From Terriglobia bacterium (GTDB lineage: Bacteria; Acidobacteriota; Terriglobia; 20CM-2-55-15), in contig CAXWPJ010000007.1 of assembly GCA_963664115.2 (NCBI GenBank), forward strand, positions 40,732-104,731: DNA of 64,000 nt. The letters are read 5' to 3'. A program made the translations under genes and the position numbers. This document shows, piece by piece, positions 38,372 through 48,530 of this stretch. Position 1 is the first letter of the stretch. Each line of letters begins with the position of its first letter. A model generated the notes under the pieces. It was not told the origin of the DNA. It saw only the letters and a program-made list of their open reading frames with translations, and did no database searches.

Positions 38372-40435
38372 TTATTCTTCCGGGTACGGTGTTCGATTGC
38401 GGTAGAGAACCCAAAGCAGAGCCAGCGCCGATACGATTCCTAGGCCATACACCGGGCCTGGGAGTTGATCGATAGGAAGCTCATAATGGGCCAGAAGAAG
38501 CGCAAGGGCATTGTTTCCGAGATGTAAGACCATGCCGGGAAATATCGACCCCGTCAACAACGCAACGGCGGTGATGGCAATTCCCAGGACGCCTGTGGTT
38601 AAGATGCGAGAAAGACTGAAGTGGAAGAAGCCGAAGATGAGTCCCACAACGACAGCCAGGACCGGCATCGAAAACCTGCGCCGCAGTCCGTAGAGCAGGG
38701 GACCACGAAACGCGATTTCTTCGCAGACTCCGGGCAAAACGGCGAAGAGAAGAAAGATCTGCCATAGGGGCACGCCATCGAAGGAAAACTGTTCGCCCAG
38801 TTGTTCGAGGTAGCTCTGGGGCAGAGGAAAGACCGTACTTGCGAAGCGGTTCACGACAACAGCTGTCAGATGAAGAGGGCCAATCAACAGAACCACCACA
38901 GGCCAGAGGGTGAACCGGACGCGTCTCAACGCCAATGCACGCCGTACATTCAGCTTGTAGACGCGAAGAATCAGAACGGATCCTCCGGCCAGTATGACAA
39001 TTTCGTTGAACAGCGCCTGAAACCGGAAATCGGAAAGTACCGGTACGACGGCGGCGCCCACGAACAACACGGCCCACATCACACCATACCAGCGCCAGAG
39101 CTGCGATCGGAACGCCCCCAACCCATGCCACCCCTCCGGATGCGGCTCCTGCTTTGCTGAGACCAACCGTTCGTCCCCAAGCAGCGTGGTCGAATAGTGA
39201 AGCAGCCAAGTGGCAGCGACAGAGTTCGTCACGAAGACTGCTGCCAACAGCCACCAATCGGTGTGCCCACTGAGAATGTCCCGAACCGCCACACTCACAT
39301 TGGCCAAGGGGATGAGAGCGATTGCCGAGCGCAGAGGGATATCGCCGACCACACCTGCCGCCGCCGGAAACATTCCGATCAGATACACCGGGAAGAAATA
39401 GAGTTGGGCCTCCTTGTAAGACTTCGCGTATGCGGAAACCAGAAGGAGGGCGCCAGCGATCAAGACAGCAAATGGAAGATACGTAAGGAGCATGGCGACC
39501 GCGTCTTCAAGGCTGAGTTGGAAACTGAACGACTCGGGTAAGGGCAGGAAATCCAGCCGCGTGTACACAAAGAGATTCGCGATCTGGAGAAGCGTGATTG
39601 CCAAAGCGGACGTCAGAATCACGAGCTGTTTTGCGACAACGATCTCTCCCCGACCTGCCCCCGTCGTGAGTAATGTTTCCAGGGTGCCCCGTTCCTTCTC
39701 GCCGGCAATTATATCCATGGCCACAACGGAACCGCCGGTCAATGTCAGGATGAACAGAAGCAGAGTCAGGAACCGTCCGATGAACAAGCCGGAAGTTTGG
39801 GCGTCTGAAGCCACATTGACATCGCTCGAGGCGAGTACGTTCGCGAGCTCGAAATCGAATCCCTGCGACCGGAGGCCGCGCCCAAGCTCGATGCCGCGTC
39901 CGTATGCGAGGAGCGCCCCCATCTGCCGGGCGCCAGCCGCTGAGATGGCGCGATTGCCCGGTAGCTTGATCCGGACACCCGGAACGCCGTCGAGCCGTCG
40001 CTCGAGCCAGGGAGGTGTCGGCTGCGGAGCGGTGTCTTCGGCTACATCTTGATCCCACTCCAGGTCGGCACGTTCCGGGCTGAAGGTTTCCAGATAGAAA
40101 TCGATCTCGCCTGAGCGAACGCTCGCCACCGGGTCTGAAGCGCTGGTCTCTTCGTACTGAAAACCTTGAAGTTCGGAATCGGGATCATTCTCGAGTCCAT
40201 TCGCAGCTGATTCGATCAGCAAGCGTGCCGGATCGGACCAATCCCCAGTGATGGCGTAGCTGTATATACGAGAGGATTGCTGGCCTTCCTGAAACTCGGT
40301 GCTGAAGCGGGTCGCCATGAGCATCAGCGGCATGACGAGAATTGGAAGCAGCACTGACAGAACGATCATGCGACGGGAGCGCAGGAGCGTGCGCAGTTCC
40401 AGAGTCCAGATCAGCCGGATTATTTTCCAATCCAC
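38372..40435 (-). CDS. NatB-like ABC permease fused to a CPBP (CAAX protease/Abi) domain
   Basis: D.IAGEKERGTLETLL and AKS.KEAQ in the permease; EEIAFRG, FGFFH, HLGNN CPBP motifs. Confidence 0.88.
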   Translation of the reverse strand: MDWKIIRLIWTLELRTLLRSRRMIVLSVLLPILVMPLMLMATRFSTEFQEGQQSSRIYSYAITGDWSDPARLLIESAANGLENDPDSELQGFQYEETSASDPVASVRSGEIDFYLETFSPERADLEWDQDVAEDTAPQPTPPWLERRLDGVPGVRIKLPGNRAISAAGARQMGALLAYGRGIELGRGLRSQGFDFELANVLASSDVNVASDAQTSGLFIGRFLTLLLFILTLTGGSVVAMDIIAGEKERGTLETLLTTGAGRGEIVVAKQLVILTSALAITLLQIANLFVYTRLDFLPLPESFSFQLSLEDAVAMLLTYLPFAVLIAGALLLVSAYAKSYKEAQLYFFPVYLIGMFPAAAGVVGDIPLRSAIALIPLANVSVAVRDILSGHTDWWLLAAVFVTNSVAATWLLHYSTTLLGDERLVSAKQEPHPEGWHGLGAFRSQLWRWYGVMWAVLFVGAAVVPVLSDFRFQALFNEIVILAGGSVLILRVYKLNVRRALALRRVRFTLWPVVVLLIGPLHLTAVVVNRFASTVFPLPQSYLEQLGEQFSFDGVPLWQIFLLFAVLPGVCEEIAFRGPLLYGLRRRFSMPVLAVVVGLIFGFFHFSLSRILTTGVLGIAITAVALLTGSIFPGMVLHLGNNALALLLAHYELPIDQLPGPVYGLGIVSALALLWVLYRNRTPYPEE

Positions 40436-40438
40436 GCT

Positions 40439-41197
40439 TCACGCTCCCTGAACATAACGAATAAAAATATCTTCCAGATAGTGTTCCCCGGTGGCTTCGC
40501 GGAGTTCTTCCAGGGTCCCGGACATCAGTATCCGGCCCTTGTGAATGATCGCGATCCGGTCACACAGCTTCTCGGCTTCGCTCATGACATGCGTTGAAAA
40601 CAAAATCGTCTTTCCTTCGTTCCGGAGTTCCCTGATCTCCCGATGAACCTCCAGGGCGTTCAATACATCAAGACCCACGGTTGGTTCGTCGAAGATGAGA
40701 ACGGGGGGATCATGAGCCAGCGTCCGGGCAATGGAAACTTTCTGTTTCATTCCTGACGAGAGCTTTTCCACGCGGGCATCGGCATAGTCGGCAAGGTTGA
40801 AACGCTCGATGAGTGACCCGACGCGATCGGCGAGATCTGGGGCCGGGTAGTGATTGATGCTGGCGAAAAACGCTATCGTCTCCCGTGCCGTCAGCCTTGG
40901 ATAGAGGGCCGTCGTTGAAGAGTAAAAGCCTAAGTGCCGGCGCGCTTCGGTGGGGGCCCGAACCACATCGTGACCCATGATCGATGCCCTTCCGGACGTG
41001 GGTGCAATGATCGTTGAAAGCATCCGCAGGATTGTTGTTTTTCCTGCACCGTTCGCACCAAGCAAGCCCAGGACCTCTCCACTCCGGGCATCAAAACTGA
41101 GGCCGTCCACTGCACGCACCGCTCCACGCGCTTCGTCGTGGAAGGTCTTCCCTAGATCGACCACCGAGACGGTCAGCATTGGAAAACTCCACGGCAT
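40439..41197 (-). CDS. NatA-like ABC transporter ATP-binding protein
   Basis: GANGAGKTT, LSSGMKQKV, IFDEPT, STH. Confidence 0.93.
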   Translation of the reverse strand: MPWSFPMLTVSVVDLGKTFHDEARGAVRAVDGLSFDARSGEVLGLLGANGAGKTTILRMLSTIIAPTSGRASIMGHDVVRAPTEARRHLGFYSSTTALYPRLTARETIAFFASINHYPAPDLADRVGSLIERFNLADYADARVEKLSSGMKQKVSIARTLAHDPPVLIFDEPTVGLDVLNALEVHREIRELRNEGKTILFSTHVMSEAEKLCDRIAIIHKGRILMSGTLEELREATGEHYLEDIFIRYVQGA

Positions 41198-41210
41198 GTC
41201 GGATGCGCCC

Positions 41211-42488
41211 TCACTGTCTTCGGCCCCACCGGAGAATTTCAGTCTTGAAAAAGCGTCCGAAACTGCTCGCGTGAGAACCCGTTAGAAAATCCTCATGAGA
41301 GAGAATTTTGTGCGCCAGTGAAAGCGCCAGTGCGATCGTCATGACCTCGACCGCCATCGTGATGCCGATCAGACGCCAGCTGTAAAACCCTTCGATCGCA
41401 TCCCGGAACATCAAGGTGACGTTGACTACCGGGACGAGTGCCAGCTCCGCGGTGAGGTGGAGATCCGGAGCCTGAAGGAACATCACCGGGATCAGGATCG
41501 CAATATAGAAGGGTCCGATCATAGCCTGTCCTTCGCGAAACGTCCGGGCGAAAGAGGCCAGGATCATCATGCCGGCGGAGACAAAGAGCGCCATGAGCGC
41601 CGCGCCCAGGACCAGTACGACGATCGTGGCAAATGGAAGCCGGAAGCTGAGCCCTGAGGCGTCCTCACCGGCAAGGGGGGCCAGTATGGCCCCGAGGGAA
41701 ATCATGATCGCGATCACGTTGAGCATCCCGGCCGTGAATGACATCGTGGCGACGTACAGATACTTTGCGATGACGATGCTGCTGCGGCGGCTCGATACCG
41801 TCATCAACGTTTCCCATGTCGCGTTTTCCCTTTCGCCTGCAGTCGCGTCAATCGCGGGATAGACGCCACCCACGACAAGCATGATGACCATTAGAAGTGG
41901 AACGAGCAGTCCAAGAATGAACCGGCCCATCTCGTTCGCTGTGGCCAGATTCTCCTGCTCGATCCAGACATGCTGGATTGTGGCCTCACGGATGCCGGCG
42001 TCCCGGACGCGCTCGAGCAGATACTGCTGGCGGTAGTCGGAAAGATAGTCGTTCAGCCGCGCCTCGGCGGTGCGACTGCGATTGCGCGAGCCGTCGTAGA
42101 GAAGGCGCACCCGGAAATCGTCGACGAGATTTCTAAGGTCCGTGGTTCCCGTGCCCGGGCTTTGAATAAACTCGATGGCAACATCAAGGTCCCCTCGTCG
42201 GAGGCTGTCCTCCGGGAAATCAAGGGAGAGGATTTCCACTGATATCTGATTTTCGAGAAAATTTTGAAATGCACCGTGCTCGGCGGGCAGGTCCGCCAAC
42301 ACAATTCGGGACGTCAGACGCTCCGATTGGCCAGCGACAAAGGAGATGCCCGAATAGCCCAGCCACAGCAAGACCGGATAGAGCAGAATAGGCAGGATGA
42401 TGCTGTTGATGACGATATTGCGCTCACGCAGCGCCGAGCGCAGCTCCCGCGTATAAAGCGTCCTTATCTCAGCGACACGGTCTCTCAA
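41211..42488 (-). CDS. NatB-like ABC permease
   Basis: AID.TAGERE..TWETL, FARTFREGQ, multiple TMs. Confidence 0.88.
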   Translation of the reverse strand: MRDRVAEIRTLYTRELRSALRERNIVINSIILPILLYPVLLWLGYSGISFVAGQSERLTSRIVLADLPAEHGAFQNFLENQISVEILSLDFPEDSLRRGDLDVAIEFIQSPGTGTTDLRNLVDDFRVRLLYDGSRNRSRTAEARLNDYLSDYRQQYLLERVRDAGIREATIQHVWIEQENLATANEMGRFILGLLVPLLMVIMLVVGGVYPAIDATAGERENATWETLMTVSSRRSSIVIAKYLYVATMSFTAGMLNVIAIMISLGAILAPLAGEDASGLSFRLPFATIVVLVLGAALMALFVSAGMMILASFARTFREGQAMIGPFYIAILIPVMFLQAPDLHLTAELALVPVVNVTLMFRDAIEGFYSWRLIGITMAVEVMTIALALSLAHKILSHEDFLTGSHASSFGRFFKTEILRWGRRQ

Positions 42489-42622
42489 CGGCGTCCTCCG
42501 TGAGCTCGCGCAAGCGCATCTTTCCAGCTTTAGGGGGCGGATACTTGATAAAGGCGTGCTTTGATCCTGACACCTCCATTTTAAGGGTCCGTCTCCTCGG
42601 GGAGGGATTGTACTCTATCCCT

Positions 42623-43848
42623 ATGCCCTCGATCTCTATGACGAGTATTGCCGCGGAAGTGGTGGCTCTGTTGTGGCTGGGGGCGGGGGTTTACCTGGGT
42701 TTGGGATGGCTGCGCTTCGAAGGACTTCTCCGCGCCAGCGCTCGGCCCGGTATCGCGGGAGGGCCCTTGCCATCCGTATCGCTTGTGATAGCCGCGCGCA
42801 ACGAAGCGGACAGCATCGGCGACACTCTCGACCGGCTCTCCCGCGTGGATTATCCAGAGCTTGAAATCGTGGTGGTCAACGATCGGTCACGAGATGGCAC
42901 GGGTCAGATTGCGTCCGAATACATCCGCACGCTAGGGGGACTCAAGGTGGTGGATATCGAAACGCTACCCCCGGAATGGCTCGGAAAGACGCATGCGCTC
43001 CATGAAGGCTCCAAACAGAGCTCTGGTGAGTGGCTGTGTTTTATTGATGCCGACGTGCCATCCCGTGTCAGGCAACCTCTGGATCGCTTCGCTCGAACCG
43101 GACTGCCTCAGACGTGCTCGAACCGGACTGCCTCAGACGTGCGTGGCCGGCCCGGATGAGGCGTCTGGACCATCTCTGCCTGTTTCCTGCGCTTCGAACC
43201 CACGGACTACTCGAAAGCGCGTTCGTCATGACGTTCGGGTTCTATTTCGGGGTGTACATGCAGCCCTGGAAGGCAAAAGATCCGAGGTCTAAGAAATTTT
43301 GTGGTGTCGGTGCCTTCAACCTGATCCGGCGGAACGCTTATGAAGCGATCGGTGGACACGAACGATTGCGTATGGAGGTCGCAGACGATATCAAGCTGGG
43401 CAAGCTGGTGAAGCAGCACGGCTACCGACAGGATGCGATGGACTCCGACGGTCGGGTTCATCTGCGGTGGCAGAAGGGCGGGGTCGGTGCATACCTCCGG
43501 GGTATCGAAAAGAACGCTTTCGCGGGGGTGGATTACAGTCTCGTGCGCGTGGCGTTGGGCAGCGTGGCAATCATAATGATGAGCATCTTTCCTTTCGTTG
43601 CGGTGACCGTGGGCGATTTCACCGCACGCTCAGCTGGGGCAGTGGCTCTGGCCGTCATCGCACTCGCTTACGGACCCCTGGGCCGCCCACTCAACAAATC
43701 ACGCCTGTACTTTGTGACGCACCCGCTGGGAGCAGGAATTCTTCTGTCCGGGTTGTGGATTTCTACCGTAAAAACGCTCTGGCGTGGCACCGTCGTCTGG
43801 CGGGGAACAGCCTATCCGCTTCCATTGTTGAAAAAATATCTCGTCTGA
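42623..43848 (+). pseudogene. GT2 glycosyltransferase interrupted after the DxD motif
   Basis: IAARNEA, VNDRS.DGT, WLGK, FIDADV; a frame change at ~43058-43150, then G...LIRR.AY..IGGH, DDI.LG, WRG. Confidence 0.8.
43091..43140 (+). repeat. 25-bp tandem duplication
   Basis: gctcgaaccggactgcctcagacgt twice. Confidence 0.95.
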
Positions 43849-43923
43849 GGTATCTCGTGTTCTTTCGCTAATGGGATGGTGGTGCCTCAGTTTAAAAAGA
43901 CAGGTCCGTTCCTAGCTGGAGCG

Positions 43924-44119
43924 AATCATCTTTTTGCACTGACGCCTCGGCTGCTGCCTCCTCAATTTAAAAGCCGTCCATCCGCAGCGGGGGACCGCTG
44001 CGGATTTTCCGGGGCCTGCTTCAACAGGTCGGTTTGCCCCATAAGCCTCTCCATCAGGATGATGGAGAGGGACGCCGGTCGTTCGGCCAGGATGGCCGTT
44101 TGAACGACCGAGCGAAGTC
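43924..44119. ncRNA. Structured dispersed element, copy C (inverted relative to A and B)
   Basis: cctctccatcaggatgatggagagg, gccggtcgttc...gaacgaccgagcgaa and acgcctcggc blocks shared with the other copies. Confidence 0.75.
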
Positions 44120-44255
44120 CCCCCTAGACGGAGACTGAATTTCAAGCCGGGGCACTACTTCTAGGATGACTTTCTGAACGCAAGGGAAGGCCATCGAAGC
44201 TCGAGAGACGGACAGATGCCGGCCGGGATTCCTCCGGCCGGCATCTGGGACGCGT

Positions 44256-45404
44256 TTAATCCCGATAGCTATCGCCCGGGGGCAGGCGTGCGCCGCTGCC
44301 CGGTCTCGGCGCTTCTTCGCCCACCACGGGCAAACGCAACGTGCCGATTCCATCGATGCTGGCCACGATCTCCTCGCCCGCTTGCAGGAAGCGTTGCTCA
44401 CCGCGGACCGCGGTGCCCGCCCCGGTGCCGCCCGACGTCCCGTTGTTGATCACGTCGCCCGGGAAAAGCGTGACGATAGAGGAACCATATTCGACCAATT
44501 CCCAGAGAGAGTGAATCATGTCACCCCCGGTGGCTTCCTGCATCGAAGTGCCGTCGATGCTTAGAGTTTGCCGAAGAATTTCCATGGGATTGCCGTAGAA
44601 CTCCTTCGGGATGATCCATGGACCCGTGGGCAAAAACGTGTCGTGTCCTTTGCCGACAAACCAATCGGATTGCAAGGGATTCCCTCCGGGCGGTCTTCCG
44701 CCCCGGTCGGAGATGTCAAGCGAGACCATATAGCCGAAGATGTAATCTTCGGCTTCGTCTGCGGTGACGTATTTTGCCGCACGACCGATCACCGTGGCGA
44801 GTTCCACCTCCCAGTCGATTCGGGTGCGGCCATAGGGCAGCACGACGGGGTCGCCGTTGCCGATCACAGCCCCCTCAGAGGGCTTCAGGAAAAGATAGGG
44901 CACTCCCCGGTTTTCCCGCCGCTGGCGGCGCGCCTCTGTGCGTTCTTCGGGTGTTCCTTGCTCGTCCACATGGCTGTAGAAATTGACGGCGGCGTTCAGG
45001 ATCTTGCCGGGATACATGATAGGTGGCAGTGTCCGGAGCGCGCTGACTTCGTAGACGAAGTCCGGCCGGGCGTTACCGGTCAGCTGGTTGTCGAGAACGA
45101 GATCGTTGACGATTTCGTAAAGCCGGAACTTCAGGCCGTATTCATAGCGGCTGATCAATTCCCGCATATCTGCCGGCATGGGAATCGACGGGTACATGGG
45201 ATTCGATTCCAGGGCCGCGTTCGCCTCGTTGAGGTCGGCGATCAGGCTGTCACGCAGAACAATGCCGACCCGCGGAACGCCGTCGATCTCGAACGTTCCT
45301 ACCTTGAAGGGCTCGGTGCTTGTCGTTGCGGGCCCGCCCTGTGCCGCGAGCAGGCCAGGGCTCAGAAGGGCCACAAACACAGTCAGAATTAAAGTAAGTC
45401 GCAT
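44256..45404 (-). CDS. Fumarylacetoacetate hydrolase family protein with signal peptide
   Basis: LAA-Q signal; P.KI...VN, FLKP, DWEVEL, D.SDR, GK..DTF.P.GP, PGDVI..GT. Confidence 0.9.
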   Translation of the reverse strand: MRLTLILTVFVALLSPGLLAAQGGPATTSTEPFKVGTFEIDGVPRVGIVLRDSLIADLNEANAALESNPMYPSIPMPADMRELISRYEYGLKFRLYEIVNDLVLDNQLTGNARPDFVYEVSALRTLPPIMYPGKILNAAVNFYSHVDEQGTPEERTEARRQRRENRGVPYLFLKPSEGAVIGNGDPVVLPYGRTRIDWEVELATVIGRAAKYVTADEAEDYIFGYMVSLDISDRGGRPPGGNPLQSDWFVGKGHDTFLPTGPWIIPKEFYGNPMEILRQTLSIDGTSMQEATGGDMIHSLWELVEYGSSIVTLFPGDVINNGTSGGTGAGTAVRGEQRFLQAGEEIVASIDGIGTLRLPVVGEEAPRPGSGARLPPGDSYRD

Positions 45405-45554
45405 GTTGCTCCTTAGGCGCAGCTGGTAGCTACTGAGTGAAACTGCATAAAAGTGAAAAGTTTTTCTTATTCGGGTTTTTACTCTGGTGAGGCTCGACTG
45501 TCAAGGTTCCAAATAACCTGGGCTCACCTCGGGATTCAGGCGGGCGCAATAAAG

Positions 45555-45585
45555 AAAAAAGTCCGGACAAGCGCGCCGGACCTTT
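45555..45585 (-). terminator. Probable intrinsic terminator
   Basis: GTCCGG...CCGGAC hairpin followed by T6 on the minus strand, just after the 45607 stop. Confidence 0.6.
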
Positions 45586-45606
45586 TCACTTTAAACCGGC
45601 CCACGA

Positions 45607-46464
45607 TTACCGTTCCGGCATCAGCTCCCGGATCCGTTGTTTGAACTCCGGGTACATCGTTTCCGGCCCGCCCTGGGTGGCCTCGAGTGGGAGCGAGTAA
45701 ACGCCCGCGGCTTCCAGGGCATAGGGGTTTTCCCCGGGGAAATAGTGGGGTACAAACCCGACCGGCCGGTCGACCTCCGTCACCACCGTGCACGGATACG
45801 GCGGCACCTGCTGATTCCGTTCCCAAAGGAATTCGCCGGTACGAATGAGAGGCTCCTCCAGGTAAATCGGATCGTAGGTGATCGTGGTCCAGGTGATGAC
45901 GTCGTCATTCCGAATCAGGTATTCGACGACTTCGGCCCTGTCGCTTCGCGGCAGGCCGTTTCTTCGAATGTAGTCTTCCTTGATGTGCGTGGTGTGAATC
46001 CGCAGGACGTCGCCAACCCATTCACCGGTGGAAAATCCGGACCAGGTATGCGGTTCGTTCGGGCCCGGGTGCGGGCGGCCGTCCATGTAGACGGGGCGGT
46101 CGACCGAACGCAACCATTCCATGTGGTACGCGACGATATTCCGCGTCACAGGATCAATTTCCGCTGTGATAAAGGGATCTGAAGGCCCCCGGGTAATGTA
46201 GTCCACCCCATGGGGGCGGCACTGCCACTCGGGCAGGGACTGGATCGACGAATCCCAGAGTTCGGCTCTCGCCCGGGACGCGTCGTTGATCGGCATCCCC
46301 ATGTATTCACCGAGTTCCGGACCGCCGGCCCGCTCATCGCGGTCCTCGTCGAAGACGGGTCCCCATTGACCTGAGATGTCCATCTGGGCAAACGCCGGAT
46401 CGCTGAGAAACATACCAATGGCCAGGACCATGACCAGACCCGGGAAAGAAATAACCCTATTCAT
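45607..46464 (-). CDS. Secreted hypothetical protein (paralog of 48531-49385)
   Basis: AFA-Q signal; D.SG.W, QC.PH, R.VYMDGRPHP, W.GFS.G.W.GD.L, YIRRNG.P.S, DP.YL.EP. Confidence 0.85.
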   Translation of the reverse strand: MNRVISFPGLVMVLAIGMFLSDPAFAQMDISGQWGPVFDEDRDERAGGPELGEYMGMPINDASRARAELWDSSIQSLPEWQCRPHGVDYITRGPSDPFITAEIDPVTRNIVAYHMEWLRSVDRPVYMDGRPHPGPNEPHTWSGFSTGEWVGDVLRIHTTHIKEDYIRRNGLPRSDRAEVVEYLIRNDDVITWTTITYDPIYLEEPLIRTGEFLWERNQQVPPYPCTVVTEVDRPVGFVPHYFPGENPYALEAAGVYSLPLEATQGGPETMYPEFKQRIRELMPER

Positions 46465-46546
46465 CTAACCCTCCTGTGAGCGCTCAATTCGCTTATTCTG
46501 CTTTGCAATTCCTGTACTAACAAGCACGTCATAGTGATTTCTATAC

Positions 46547-47335
46547 CTACTCGTAAGCTGAGCACGGTGTCGGATTCCACTTGGCACCATTCGGCTCCTT
46601 CTTATAGTGCGTGCTTTGCATGTACCGCCGCGTCAGGTAGAGGGGGTCCTCATAGAACGCGGTCAGCACGAGCCAGGAATCAGCGGGGAAGCCAGCGACA
46701 CTGGGTTCATCAAAACTGAACAAGTACTCCGTCATAACTGTCTGATTACTGTATGGAACACCATTGCGGCGGAGGTAGCCCATGTTCATATGGTCAGTGA
46801 CGACCTTCAGTCGGCCGGCCGGTTCCGAACCAGGCTCGCGGCCACCGCCTGCACGGGTCCATTCCGCACGGGAAAAACCCTGCCAGGCGTTTTCATCCGG
46901 CGCTTCAACCGAAGGATCGAAGTGGAGCATGCGGGTTTGCGTCCCGGCATCGGTATCGATCCGGAGCGTGTTCTCGTCCTCCCAGGTGATGTGTAGGCGC
47001 CCGGGAATGCGCATGACGCCTCCGGCACCGTAATATCGGCATTCTTCGCCGGCGGCGGCGTCGGCATCGGGATCCCAGGCGTCAGCAATTTCCTCGGCAG
47101 CAGGCGTCATGGCGGTACTTTCGTAGTCGCCCTTACTCGCAACGACCATCCGGTGCCGCCAGCCTTCGGTGACTACGGATACCCAATAACCGGTAGGGTC
47201 GATCGGAGCGATTTCTTGTGCCGGGCCCTGGGGGCCACGGCCTCTTTGCGCGAGTGCATTCGAAGGGACAACCAAGAGGATCGCAAGTAAAAGCCCTCCC
47301 AGAAGGTGACTCCAGGTAATGTTTCGATCACTCAT
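46547..47335 (-). CDS. Secreted hypothetical protein, distant member of the same family
   Basis: ALA-Q signal; D.TG.W, WQGFS.A.W, GYLRRNGVPYS, DP.YL; start ATG 47335. Confidence 0.8.
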   Translation of the reverse strand: MSDRNITWSHLLGGLLLAILLVVPSNALAQRGRGPQGPAQEIAPIDPTGYWVSVVTEGWRHRMVVASKGDYESTAMTPAAEEIADAWDPDADAAAGEECRYYGAGGVMRIPGRLHITWEDENTLRIDTDAGTQTRMLHFDPSVEAPDENAWQGFSRAEWTRAGGGREPGSEPAGRLKVVTDHMNMGYLRRNGVPYSNQTVMTEYLFSFDEPSVAGFPADSWLVLTAFYEDPLYLTRRYMQSTHYKKEPNGAKWNPTPCSAYE

Positions 47336-47336
47336 A

Positions 47337-48422
47337 TTATTCCCCTCTCCCTTCCACCAAACTTCGATATACAGCGGTGACAAAATCCGTCGGCGTCCAC
47401 GTGCGGTCGTCGCCATAGAGGCCGTCATAGGCCTTCGTGGGTCGTTCCTCCAGGACCTGATCCAGAGTCCATCCCCGGTTGATCATTTCCTGGATGTTAT
47501 TTCGAACGATCGTCACCATGTCCCTGTAGTAACCCACATCGGCCGTATCGCTGACGCGGCCATGACCCGGGATGACCAGCGTTCCCCCCTCGCTCCGGAA
47601 CTCCGGAATCGCGGTGTCGAGCACCCAATTCAGCGCATCGATCACACCATCGATACTTCCGCCGTTCTCGAGATCGACAATCGGATACCGCGTATGCGAG
47701 AAGAAATCACCGGTCACGATGATGTCCGAACGCGGGAAATAGACGACGGTGGCGTCTGTCGTGCTTGATGGCATGTGGACCATCTTTACGCCATCACCGT
47801 TAAAGAAATGGCTGAGCTTGTACGAATCGCCGTAGAAGGTATCCGTGGGAAACATCTCAAAGGGAAGGCCGTCCTCGAGCATCCGGAAGAGGACTTCCTC
47901 ACGGGCATATATAGCAGCGCCGACACCGGCGTCCTGGATCGATCCGGCAACGTTGCCGCCGACATAGGTGATTCCGCTGTCCTTGATGATCTGGTTTCCA
48001 CCTGAGTGATCGGGATCTGCGCTGGTGTTGAGGATGTAGCGAACAGGCTTCGGCGGTGCATAGCCATCCCGATAGGCGAGAACCGAGAGACGCCCTTCAG
48101 CACCCCAGTTTTCTATTCCGGCCCAGGCATAGGCGCGCCCCTCGAGCTGCATGACCTGGATTTGAGCGATCGTTTCCAACACTGCATCGGCCATTTCGGC
48201 CGTTCCCGAATCCACGAGCAAGACGCCGTCGGGACCGATCGAGGCCATGATGTTTCCACCTGCGCCCGCGAGCATGTAGATGGGGCCCCGCACCCAAACG
48301 ACGTCGATCGGGTTCTCCTGAGCACTGGCGACGCTCCCCACGCCTAAGACGCCCAAAACCAAAGCCAGTATGACGGGCAATAGTTTCGGGGAAGTCCCGG
48401 GCTTTAACCATTGAATGTTCAT
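47337..48422 (-). CDS. Secreted MBL-fold (cyclase-like) protein with degenerate metal motif
   Basis: GAGGNI...G.DGVLLVD, NTSADPDH.GGN, TGD, IPGHG. Confidence 0.85.
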   Translation of the reverse strand: MNIQWLKPGTSPKLLPVILALVLGVLGVGSVASAQENPIDVVWVRGPIYMLAGAGGNIMASIGPDGVLLVDSGTAEMADAVLETIAQIQVMQLEGRAYAWAGIENWGAEGRLSVLAYRDGYAPPKPVRYILNTSADPDHSGGNQIIKDSGITYVGGNVAGSIQDAGVGAAIYAREEVLFRMLEDGLPFEMFPTDTFYGDSYKLSHFFNGDGVKMVHMPSSTTDATVVYFPRSDIIVTGDFFSHTRYPIVDLENGGSIDGVIDALNWVLDTAIPEFRSEGGTLVIPGHGRVSDTADVGYYRDMVTIVRNNIQEMINRGWTLDQVLEERPTKAYDGLYGDDRTWTPTDFVTAVYRSLVEGRGE

Positions 48423-48530
48423 TCCACTCTCCAAATTATTCTCATGCGACTAAACAGTCTGGCACCCCGGGGCCGGCGGCGCCGGGAGTCCGTAATTCTT
48501 TAACTTTGCTGATCACAGCGAGAAATGGAT

